A stretch of 64,000 bases of DNA from NCBI GenBank assembly GCA_023251435.1, contig JAHEYU010000022.1:5194-69193 (forward strand), given 5' to 3'. The DNA comes from Bacteroidota bacterium (GTDB taxonomy: Bacteria > Bacteroidota > Bacteroidia > Bacteroidales > Prolixibacteraceae). The stretch's first letter is position 1. Each line of letters begins with the position of its first letter. Positions 46,086 through 54,638 of the stretch are shown piece after piece. The notes under the pieces were generated by a model. The model was not told the DNA's origin, did no database searches, and saw only the letters and a list, made by a program, of their open reading frames with translations. The translations under genes and the position numbers were made by a program.

Positions 46086-46898
46086 ATGATGCGAACAATA
46101 TTTCTATTTCCTGCCATTTTCATTTTCCTGCTGTTGGTACAGCCGTCAACCGCGCAGACCACGGGTTCCGTAAATCAGGATAATTTCCTGAAAAATGGTG
46201 TTGTTGCGCACCGCGGAGCATGGAAAAAAGACGGACTACCTCAGAACTCGATTGCTTCGCTAAAAAAGGCTATTAGCTTGGAAGTTGCCGGATCGGAGTT
46301 CGACGTGCAACTAACCGCCGACGGAGTTTTGGTACTAAACCACGATGCGGTTTATGAAGGTATGCACATCGAAAAAACAAAATATTCAGGTCTGAAAAAG
46401 CATCCGCTAAAAAACGGGGAAGTTCTCCCAACCCTCGATAACTATCTGAAAATTGGAATGAAACAGCAAAAGACCCGGTTAATTCTTGAATTAAAACCCT
46501 CGCAAATCAGCAAGGAAAGATCGTTGCTTCTGGCGCAGAAAGCGGTCGCGAAAGTTAATAAAATGCGGGCGCAACCCTGGATTACCTATATCAGTTTCGA
46601 CTATGACATTCTGAAAGAAATAGTTCGTTTAGACCCATCGGCAAAAACGATGTACCTCAACGGGGATGTTTCTCCGGAACAGCTAAAAGCTGATGGAATT
46701 TCCGGAGCAGATTATCATTTCAACGTTTTCAGAAAAGACGAAAATTGGATCAGCAATGCCCATAAAGCTGGAATTGAAACAAATGTATGGACTGTAAATG
46801 ATCCTTTGCTGATGGACTATTTCCTTGCCCGCGACATTGATTTTATTACTACCGACGAACCAGAAACCTTGCTGAAAAAAGTAGCTGAAATGGAATAA
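46086..46898 (+). CDS. Glycerophosphodiester phosphodiesterase (GDPD) family, secreted
   Basis: 270 aa with a signal peptide. VVAHRGAWKKDGLPQNSIASLKKAI...SEFDVQLTADGVLVLNHD and ...VWTVND are GDPD blocks. Confidence 0.85.
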   Translation: MMRTIFLFPAIFIFLLLVQPSTAQTTGSVNQDNFLKNGVVAHRGAWKKDGLPQNSIASLKKAISLEVAGSEFDVQLTADGVLVLNHDAVYEGMHIEKTKYSGLKKHPLKNGEVLPTLDNYLKIGMKQQKTRLILELKPSQISKERSLLLAQKAVAKVNKMRAQPWITYISFDYDILKEIVRLDPSAKTMYLNGDVSPEQLKADGISGADYHFNVFRKDENWISNAHKAGIETNVWTVNDPLLMDYFLARDIDFITTDEPETLLKKVAEME

Positions 46899-46966
46899 TT
46901 TTTTCGGCATGTTGTCAACGTGGGTAATCTTCCTAAATTTGACAGACTATACCGAAATACATCAAG

Positions 46967-48691
46967 ATGAAAAAATTAATCTATTCCGTTGTAATTCTTT
47001 GTTTTGCCATTCAAGCCTTTCCGCAAAAATATGTACAAGTATGGGGCGACGAATTCAACAAACCGGGTTTGCCCGACAGCACAAAATGGAATTACGAAGT
47101 GGGCAAAATACGCAATTCCGAATTGCAGTATTACACCTATAAACGCAGCGAAAATGCCCGTATTCAGGATACCGTTCTGATTATTGAAGCACGCAAAGAA
47201 CCTTTTCAGGGGGCAGCCTATACATCTGCAAGTTTAATTTCAAGGTACAAAGGCGACTGGCTGTACGGCAAATTCGAAATCAGGGCAAAAGTTCCCGGTG
47301 GAAAAGGAACCTGGCCGGCAATCTGGATGATGCCAACTGACAGCGAATATGGCGGATGGCCCAAAAGTGGAGAAATGGACATCATGGAATATGTGGGTTG
47401 GGATATTTCAAAATTGCATTTTACAACACATTTTGAAGGAACAAACGGAAGTGGCCATCAACAATCAGGAACTTCAGTATTTACCGCGCAACCTTACAGT
47501 AAGTTTATAACTTTTACATTTGTATGGACACCAACCAAACTTGAATGGTATGGCGACAACAAATTGTTTCACACCTATACAAAAACGTCCACCGATCCGA
47601 AAGTATGGCCTTACAATAAGATGTTTTATATGATCCTCAACCTGGCTTATGGTGGAAGCTGGGGTGGCCAGCAGGGAATCGACGATACAAAACTGCCACA
47701 CAAATTTTACATCGATTACGTCAGGGTTTATCAGTTACAAGAATCAGAAGGGCCGTTCTCTTTGAATATTGAACCTGCAACAGGCGGAACAGTAGAAGTT
47801 TCTCCCAAAATGGAGACTTATCCCGAAGGAACGATGGTAACCTTTACAGCCACCCCTGCAGAAGGCTATGAATTTGACAAATGGCTGCACCTTGGGTCGG
47901 CCAATCCGATGAAGGTTGAGGTAGTAAAAAACATGACTGTGATCCCGGTTTTTAAAAAGAAAAACGAGATAATTATTAATGGCGATTTCAGCCAGGGAAC
48001 AAAAAACTGGGGAAACTGGTATTTCCAAAGTACACAATGGAAAGCCACCGGAATAGTTGTTGACGGTGTTTATAAAATTAATGTAACACAACCGGGCACA
48101 GCCTACTGGCACATCGTAGATCAGCAACTGGCAATTCCGTTGGTAAAAGACGTCACTTATCTCGTTACTTTCGACGCTTGGGCCGACAATCCAAATTCGA
48201 TGGATGTTTTCCTTTCGAAAAACCATTCCGATTATGGAAACTACTATTCTACCGTAAAATCCATAACCGCAACAAAACAAAAATTTTCGTGGACTGTAAA
48301 AATGGCTCAGGCAAGCGATCCCAACTGTCGCTTTGGGTTTGGAATAGGCAAGTTTACGGGCAATGTTTACCTCGACAATGTAAGCATCGTAAAGCAGGTT
48401 TCAACCGGAAATAAAGATTTGACAAATATTGAAAATGTTGGATTTAGCCTTTTCCCTAACCCGACTACAGGCGAAATAATCATTTCAGGCGATTCGTTCA
48501 ATTCACCTGTCACACTTTGCCTTTTCAATCTTCAGGGACAATTGATTTCAACTATTCTGAATAATCAGTACCTCATGAAAGGAAATCCGGTTAAAATCAA
48601 TTTGAAAGAAGAAGGTGCAAGTCAGGGAATTTACCTTCTCCGTTTAACTACAAGGGATAATTCCTTTGTCCGGAAAGTAATTCTGAACTAA
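46967..48691 (+). CDS. GH16 (laminarinase-type) + beta-sandwich modules + T9SS C-terminal domain
   Basis: 574 aa with WGDEFN, GKFEIRAKVPGGKGTWPAIWMMP and the catalytic block GEMDIMEY (ExDxxE). Followed by a GGTVEVSP...GYEFDKW repeat and a CBM4/9-like module. Tail FPNPTTGEIIIS...GIYLLRLTT. Confidence 0.9.
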   Translation: MKKLIYSVVILCFAIQAFPQKYVQVWGDEFNKPGLPDSTKWNYEVGKIRNSELQYYTYKRSENARIQDTVLIIEARKEPFQGAAYTSASLISRYKGDWLYGKFEIRAKVPGGKGTWPAIWMMPTDSEYGGWPKSGEMDIMEYVGWDISKLHFTTHFEGTNGSGHQQSGTSVFTAQPYSKFITFTFVWTPTKLEWYGDNKLFHTYTKTSTDPKVWPYNKMFYMILNLAYGGSWGGQQGIDDTKLPHKFYIDYVRVYQLQESEGPFSLNIEPATGGTVEVSPKMETYPEGTMVTFTATPAEGYEFDKWLHLGSANPMKVEVVKNMTVIPVFKKKNEIIINGDFSQGTKNWGNWYFQSTQWKATGIVVDGVYKINVTQPGTAYWHIVDQQLAIPLVKDVTYLVTFDAWADNPNSMDVFLSKNHSDYGNYYSTVKSITATKQKFSWTVKMAQASDPNCRFGFGIGKFTGNVYLDNVSIVKQVSTGNKDLTNIENVGFSLFPNPTTGEIIISGDSFNSPVTLCLFNLQGQLISTILNNQYLMKGNPVKINLKEEGASQGIYLLRLTTRDNSFVRKVILN

Positions 48692-48732
48692 ATAATCACA
48701 TACTCAAAACCAAGATTAAACCAAAACAAACC

Positions 48733-50118
48733 ATGAAACTAAAATTAGCCTGCCTTATGGCTGCATTTACCTTTCTATTTGCTGTTCCAAATCTTGTGGC
48801 GCAACCATATCAGGCCACCTGGGAATCGCTCGATTCGCACAAAATGCCCGATTGGTACCACGATGCTAAAATCGGATTGAGTATGCACTGGGGTGTTTAT
48901 GCCGTTCCGGCCTGGGCACCGCGCGAAAAAGAAATTTCGTATGCCGAATGGTATGGAAGGCGAATGATGGAACCTAAAAATCCGACATATACCTACCACC
49001 GTAAAAAATATGGCGAAAGTTTTACCTACGACGATTTTATCCCGATGTGGAAAGCCGAATCATATAAACCAGATGAATGGGCGAAGTTTGCCAAGCAGAT
49101 GGGCGCAAAATACATGTTTATTACCTCGAAACACCACGATGGGTTCTGCTTGTGGCCCACCAAATACACCGACCGAAACGCAATGAAGATGGGCCCGAAA
49201 AAGGACATTTTGGGCGAGTATTTTAAAGCAGCCCGTAAAGAAGGACTAAAAGTTGGTTTGTATTATTCGCTTTACGAGTGGTTCAATCCACTTTACACAG
49301 GTAAAGATATTCCATATTCAGGCCTGAAAAAGGTCAACAATTATGTCGATGATTTTATGATACCGCAAATCAAGGAACTCATTGATCTTTATCATCCGGA
49401 TTTTTTCTTTTTCGATGGGGAGTGGGACCATCCGGAACCATTCTGGAAAATGAAGGAAGTGGTCGCCTATTATTATAATGAGGCGGCCAAACGCAACCAG
49501 GAGGTTTTTGTGAACGACCGCTTTGGCAAGGAAAACCGCGGAAAACATGGCGATTTGTACAATGTTGAGTATAGCTACGAAAAGGGTAACGAAGGTTTGC
49601 TCACACACAAATGGTCGTTCTGGCAGGGTATCGCAAAAACATTTGGCTACAATCAGGACACCGATATGGAAGATTGTCTTAGCCCCAAACAGTTTATCGA
49701 CAAAACGATCGACGGCGTTGCCCGCAACGGGAATTTCGACATCAATGTTGGACCTACTGCCGCCGGATTGATACCAGAATACGAGCAATACCCGCTACTG
49801 AAATTGGGTGAATGGCTGAAAGTAAACGGGGAAGCTATTTACGGCACACGCCCATGGACCACCCAGGTAGAAGGCGATGCCCGCTTCACTTCGAAAGGTG
49901 AATTTGTATTTGCAACTTTCCTGAAATGGCAGGGCGAAGAGTTTAAACTGAAAGCAGTTAAACCACTGGAAGGCTCGAAAATTACAATGCTTGGTGTTCC
50001 CGGCGAACTGGAATGGAAATGGAATACGGCTGATGGTCTGACCATTGTTTACCCGCGTGATAAAGCCCGTCCAACTTTGTGCAGCTATGCATGGGCATTC
50101 AAAATTCAGGTGAAATAA
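48733..50118 (+). CDS. GH29 alpha-L-fucosidase
   Basis: 461 aa with WYHDAKIGLSMHWGVYAVPAW, YMFITSKHHDGFCLWPT and FFFDGEW. Confidence 0.9.
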   Translation: MKLKLACLMAAFTFLFAVPNLVAQPYQATWESLDSHKMPDWYHDAKIGLSMHWGVYAVPAWAPREKEISYAEWYGRRMMEPKNPTYTYHRKKYGESFTYDDFIPMWKAESYKPDEWAKFAKQMGAKYMFITSKHHDGFCLWPTKYTDRNAMKMGPKKDILGEYFKAARKEGLKVGLYYSLYEWFNPLYTGKDIPYSGLKKVNNYVDDFMIPQIKELIDLYHPDFFFFDGEWDHPEPFWKMKEVVAYYYNEAAKRNQEVFVNDRFGKENRGKHGDLYNVEYSYEKGNEGLLTHKWSFWQGIAKTFGYNQDTDMEDCLSPKQFIDKTIDGVARNGNFDINVGPTAAGLIPEYEQYPLLKLGEWLKVNGEAIYGTRPWTTQVEGDARFTSKGEFVFATFLKWQGEEFKLKAVKPLEGSKITMLGVPGELEWKWNTADGLTIVYPRDKARPTLCSYAWAFKIQVK

Positions 50119-50127
50119 GATCTGTTA

Positions 50128-50216
50128 AAATCGTCAACGTAATGACTAAATTACCATTAAATTCGTCAATACAATGACTGAATTAATAGTAAATTCGTCA
50201 ATGCAAATTAATTTCC
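50128..50216. repeat. Tandem repeat, ~2.8 copies of a 32-bp unit containing GTCA-N6-TGAC
   Basis: CGTCAA starts at 50132, 50164 and 50196 (period 32). Units 1 and 2 contain GTCAacgtaaTGAC and GTCAatacaaTGAC; unit 3 is truncated. The repeat ends directly at a -7 box. Confidence 0.8.
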
Positions 50217-50224
50217 TATATTTG
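50217..50224 (+). promoter_or_regulatory. Candidate -7 box TATATTTG for the AAA+ ATPase gene
   Basis: Exact TAnnTTTG match, 23 nt upstream of the ATG at 50248. Confidence 0.4.
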
Positions 50225-50247
50225 CAAAACAGTAATACTCACAGAAA

Positions 50248-51387
50248 ATGAATACGTTAGACCGTATTTTGACAAGGAAAATCAAAAGCAAGCTGTTACC
50301 GAATAAGGTCATCCTCCTATTTGGAGCAAGAAGGGTTGGTAAAACGGTACTAATCCGTCAGATTATTCAGGATTTTGAGGGCAAAGTAATGATCTTAAAT
50401 GGCGAAGACGAAGACTCAATTGCACTTTTGAATGAAAAGAGCATTTCCAATTATCGAAATCTGCTCAAAGGAATAGATCTTTTGGTAATTGACGAGGCAC
50501 AAAACATAAATGAAATAGGACTAAAATTAAAACTAATGGTTGATGAAATCGATCAAATCAGAATCATTACCAGTGGTTCATCCTCATTCGATTTGAACAA
50601 CAAAGCCGGAGAACCATTGGTGGGGCGAAGTTTTACCTATTTGCTTTTCCCATTCAGTCAGCAGGAACTTTCAGTTTTGGAGAACCTACTCGAAACCCGA
50701 AGGAAGCTGGAATCCAGACTAATCTATGGAACTTATCCGGAAGTGGAATTGCTGGAAAGTAATGAAGATAAAATGGAGTATTTAAAAGATATGGTGAATT
50801 CGTATCTCCTGAAAGATATCCTTGCCATTGAGGGTATCCGGAATTCAGGAAAAATGAAAGAACTCCTGCGTCTGATAGCTTTTCAGACAGGCAATGAAGT
50901 GTCCTATGAAGAATTGGGCAAACAATTGTCTATGAGTAAAAACACTGTAGAAAAGTACCTTGATTTATTATCTAAAGTATTTATTATCTATCGTTTGGGC
51001 GCCTTTTCACGAAACTTGCGAAAAGAAGTAACCAAAGCAGGAAAATGGTATTTCTACGACAATGGAATACGAAATGCACTGATCTCGAACTTCAATCCGA
51101 TTGTTTTACGTCAGGATGTTGGTCAATTGTGGGAAAGCTACCTGATTTCGGAGCGCATGAAAAATAAGTATTTCAATACAGAATCGGTTGAATATTATTT
51201 TTGGAGAACCTACGACGGACAAGAAATTGATTTAATTGAAGAATCCGGCAATCAGATTGCAGCAATTGAATTCAAATATTCAGAAAGAAACATAAAGATA
51301 CCCAAGGCTTTTTCAGAAACATACCCCGAAGCATCATTCAAACAAGTACACAAGGAAAACTACTTGCAATGGTTGTTAAACACATAG
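50248..51387 (+). CDS. AAA+ ATPase with DUF4143 C-terminal domain
   Basis: 379 aa. Walker A LLFGARRVGKTVL, Walker B LLVIDEAQ. C-terminal ...YFWRTYDGQEIDLIEE is typical of AAA_14/DUF4143 proteins. Confidence 0.85.
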   Translation: MNTLDRILTRKIKSKLLPNKVILLFGARRVGKTVLIRQIIQDFEGKVMILNGEDEDSIALLNEKSISNYRNLLKGIDLLVIDEAQNINEIGLKLKLMVDEIDQIRIITSGSSSFDLNNKAGEPLVGRSFTYLLFPFSQQELSVLENLLETRRKLESRLIYGTYPEVELLESNEDKMEYLKDMVNSYLLKDILAIEGIRNSGKMKELLRLIAFQTGNEVSYEELGKQLSMSKNTVEKYLDLLSKVFIIYRLGAFSRNLRKEVTKAGKWYFYDNGIRNALISNFNPIVLRQDVGQLWESYLISERMKNKYFNTESVEYYFWRTYDGQEIDLIEESGNQIAAIEFKYSERNIKIPKAFSETYPEASFKQVHKENYLQWLLNT

Positions 51388-51425
51388 AACAGCCTTACTT
51401 GCCCGAAAAACCTAAAACTAAAACG

Positions 51426-52325
51426 ATGAAACTCAATTTCAAAAAACAATCAAAAAGTATTAGTCTCATTCTCCTACTTGTAGTAATTTTTCCTTTGGCA
51501 GGAATTGCGCAACACAAACTTCCAACGAAATTAAAGACCAGCCTGAATGCCTACTCTTTCAATGGTCCGCTGACGAAAGGCGAAATGAATCTGGACGATT
51601 TATTGGAGTACTGCGCAACCAATCAGTTCGATGCAGTAGATATTACCGCCTATTATTTCCCGGGTTATCCTGAAGTTCCTTCGGATGAATATTTATACCA
51701 TATCAAACAAAAGGCATTTTTGCTCGGTCTTGAAATCAGCGGAACCGGGGTACGAAATGACTTTACCGATCCTGATCCTGCCAAACGAAAAGCAAGTGTT
51801 GAGTTGGTAAAAAAATGGATTATTGCTTCCGAAAAACTGGGAATTCCGGTCATTCGAGTATTCTCCGGAGTGGCAGACACTAAAGATATTCCGCGTGAAA
51901 AGGTGGTCGATTATATGGTCAAAGACCTGAAAGAATGTGCTGAATTTGGCAAAGCTCACGGAGTTATCGTGGGAATACAAAACCACCACGATTTTATCAA
52001 AACTGCCGACGAGACGATCGAAATCATCAAACGCGTTAATTCCGACTGGTTCGGACTGATTCTGGATATTGGCAGCTTTCGAACCGATCCGTACAGGGAA
52101 ATAGAAAAGACAATTCCTTATGCGGTAAGCTGGCAGTTGAAAGAAAACTTATACGTCGATGGTGTAGAGCAAAAAACTGACCTATACAAACTGATGAAGA
52201 TTATTCAGCAATCGGGTTATCGTGGATATATTCCGCTGGAAACACTGGGTGCAGGAGATCCGAAAGTGAAAGTTGCAGGTTTCCTGAAAGAAATAAGGGC
52301 AGCTATGGCAACGATTGGCCAATAA
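51426..52325 (+). CDS. Secreted xylose-isomerase-like TIM-barrel protein (sugar phosphate isomerase/epimerase family)
   Basis: Start moved to the ATG at 51426 (MKLNFKKQSKSISLILLLVVIFPLAGIAQ). DAVDITAYYFPGYP, IRVFSG, IQNHHDF, GYRGYIPLE. Confidence 0.8.
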   Translation: MKLNFKKQSKSISLILLLVVIFPLAGIAQHKLPTKLKTSLNAYSFNGPLTKGEMNLDDLLEYCATNQFDAVDITAYYFPGYPEVPSDEYLYHIKQKAFLLGLEISGTGVRNDFTDPDPAKRKASVELVKKWIIASEKLGIPVIRVFSGVADTKDIPREKVVDYMVKDLKECAEFGKAHGVIVGIQNHHDFIKTADETIEIIKRVNSDWFGLILDIGSFRTDPYREIEKTIPYAVSWQLKENLYVDGVEQKTDLYKLMKIIQQSGYRGYIPLETLGAGDPKVKVAGFLKEIRAAMATIGQ

Positions 52326-52445
52326 TCGTAATAAACTGTTAAAGTTATCTTAAAGTGCCATTTCCGATTTAACCTTTTTGCTTTTACTTAATCAAAGGTG
52401 CAAATGAGTTCAGATTTAGAAAAAAGATTTTTAAAATTAGAGATT

Positions 52446-52931
52446 ATGAAAGCAAAAATTTTAATGCTTGTGGTATTGATGAGTATGTCGGCTGTATTAG
52501 TTGCTCAACCCGCCGGAAGGGGCAGTAAGAAACCTTTTATCGAACGAGATAAGGTATTGCTCATGAATGAAGGACAAAGAGGCCCCGGGGAGGGATTGAA
52601 CCTGACAGTCGAGCAAAAAGAAGCCTTCAAGAAAAGTATGCTCGAAGTGCAGAAACAATTACAACCAATCCGCAACGAACTTGGTGAAGCCGAAGCCCGC
52701 CAGAAAACGCTGACTACTGCTGAAAAACCAGACTTGGAAGCCATCAACAAAAACATCGAAAAGATTGGTGCGTTAAAAATTGAAATGGCAAAAATTCAGG
52801 CAAAACACCGCCTCGATATGCGCGCTCAATTAACTGACGAGCAACGGCTTAAATTTGATATACACAAGGGAAAAATGATGCAGAACAGAGGTCCGAAAGG
52901 AATGAAACATCGTATGAGAATGCAAGGATAA
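52446..52931 (+). CDS. Spy/CpxP-like periplasmic LTXXQ-motif protein
   Basis: Start moved to the ATG at 52446 (MKAKILMLVVLMSMSAVLVAQ). Two LTxxQ motifs (LNLTVEQKEAF, QLTDEQRLKF). Helical and basic. Confidence 0.7.
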   Translation: MKAKILMLVVLMSMSAVLVAQPAGRGSKKPFIERDKVLLMNEGQRGPGEGLNLTVEQKEAFKKSMLEVQKQLQPIRNELGEAEARQKTLTTAEKPDLEAINKNIEKIGALKIEMAKIQAKHRLDMRAQLTDEQRLKFDIHKGKMMQNRGPKGMKHRMRMQG

Positions 52932-52962
52932 AATCAATTCTGAAGAATCAGAAAAATATAGG

Positions 52963-52997
52963 CCAGCATCCGGTATTTCGGAATGCTGGTCTTTTTT
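52963..52997 (+). terminator. Rho-independent terminator
   Basis: CCAGCATCCGG / loop / TCGGAATGCTGG (one bulged A) followed by TCTTTTTT. Confidence 0.75.
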
Positions 52998-53232
52998 GTT
53001 TAGTCCTGAATTATAATCAAATGGTTAGCCGAGGTATAATATTAATTCATCACCTGAAACAAAAAGGCATATAATTTTGTATATTTAGTTCACACAATAC
53101 TATATATCAGCAAAAAGAAAAACCAAAATCTTAGCTGAAAAACCATTATTCAATGTATTAACAAGATGGATCATGTTAAGAGATCAGTCAAATTTCAATA
53201 TAAAAAATAATCTGCTGTCTTTCGAAAAGAGA

Positions 53233-54099
53233 ATGACGGTAGGTTTATTTTTTGCATTGATCCTGGCACTTTTCCCTATTTCCGGATTTTCATCTTCACT
53301 AACCTATGGGTTCCCGTTATCATCAGCGAATCTAAACGGTGAATTGACCAAAACAAGGATAAACGAAACCTACGAATCATCATTTCTGAAGCAAGATCCT
53401 GTATTGGGAATAAAAAATCAAACTGCCAATTCGGGATATTTCCCCCTTGCTTATACTGGGAATGGAATTGATCACATGAATATTAATCTTGTTGCGCTAA
53501 ATTCTACAGGTATAAAAATTGGTGATGAAATTGGGGTTTTTGATGGGGATTTATGCGTAGGCGCTGCCATTATCGAAGACAAACACATAAAAGAAAACGG
53601 TATCAGTATTCCTGCGTCGGCTAACGACCGAACAGAATCCAAACCAAACGGATACACTTCCGGACATAAAATAATACTTAAATTACACCGAAAAGACATC
53701 GTTTACCTTCTATATTTTGTAGTAGTTAACAATAGCCGTGATATTTTCGAAAAGAACGAATCGATGTTTGCTTTGATAGATTTTTCTAAATCAACCAGTA
53801 CCAGTAATTTTCTAAACCAAAAAGAAATCAATCTTTATCCAAACCCATTTAACCATTCTATAAAGATTGAAATTTACCTGTCGCAACCACAAAAACTGGT
53901 TTGCGAAATATTTGATGTAAATGGAAATAATATACGCACATTCGCTCCTGACGATGCTGAAGCGAACAATAATTTGGTTGAATTTACCTGGGATGGAAAA
54001 AATAATGACGGGCAAAGGGTGGCTTATGGAATATATTTTTGCCGGACAAACCAAACAATTACCAAAATAATATTCAACTCCTCGCAAAATTCTAATTAA
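53233..54099 (+). CDS. Hypothetical secreted protein with T9SS C-terminal domain
   Basis: Start moved to the ATG at 53233 (MTVGLFFALILALFPISGFSS). Central module ...IKIGDEIGVFDGDLCVGAA...GHKIILKLH. Tail LYPNPFNHSIKIEI...GIYFCRTNQ. Confidence 0.6.
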   Translation: MTVGLFFALILALFPISGFSSSLTYGFPLSSANLNGELTKTRINETYESSFLKQDPVLGIKNQTANSGYFPLAYTGNGIDHMNINLVALNSTGIKIGDEIGVFDGDLCVGAAIIEDKHIKENGISIPASANDRTESKPNGYTSGHKIILKLHRKDIVYLLYFVVVNNSRDIFEKNESMFALIDFSKSTSTSNFLNQKEINLYPNPFNHSIKIEIYLSQPQKLVCEIFDVNGNNIRTFAPDDAEANNNLVEFTWDGKNNDGQRVAYGIYFCRTNQTITKIIFNSSQNSN

Positions 54100-54638
54100 A
54101 CAAAGCAGTTAATTAGAATCTTCACATCAATATAATAAATGGGTAAAATTACTACCTTTTTAATTGCACAAAAGTATCTAACCCTTTGGTTTTGAATTTT
54201 AAATTCTTTAATTTTAATAGCAGTTATAAGTTTTCTGCACCGTTCATCAGAAAAAAATTGGTTTTTATATTTAAAAAAGTTTTATATTTGATTACAAGAC
54301 AAAAGAGTCTCATATCCTTAATAGATATTATTGCGAGTCGTTTTGTCAGTAGGTAATGTGAAGTGACTTTAGTGATTTGTGCTGATTCCCGATAAGATGT
54401 TGAGCGTCTTATAATTTGCCACGAAAATTCCTGCTCTGGCATTAACAAACAGATTTATTCCAGTTTTTATCAAAAAACTAAGATACCGACCCATAGCATA
54501 GAGATATGCCTGTGATTACCGGCTTCATTATACTGGTGTTCTCTCTCTCGAAAAAGGGGAAGTAATATTTGCAAATGAAGTTTTTTTGAGTCATCGTTTG
54601 CTTTTTAACGCTCAATCATAATTTAAAACTTTACGAAT

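Noticed and set aside
50128-50216. Possible miniature CRISPR array (regularly spaced repeats).
   Set aside because: The 32-bp units are directly adjacent with no spacers. There are only ~2.8 copies, and no cas genes occur anywhere in the window. It is a plain tandem repeat.
54089-54119. 11-bp AT-rich inverted repeat ATTCTAATTAA/TTAATTAGAAT overlapping the stop codon of 53233-54099 as a terminator.
   Set aside because: The stem is almost entirely A/T and no T-run follows. It is a possible weak structure only.
54224-54448. 74-aa minus-strand ORF in the 540-nt gap upstream of the 1503-aa gene.
   Set aside because: It lies in AT-rich intergenic DNA, has no motif and no signal of coupling to neighbours, so it is likely a chance ORF. 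The gap more probably holds the promoter and 5' UTR of the giant gene.
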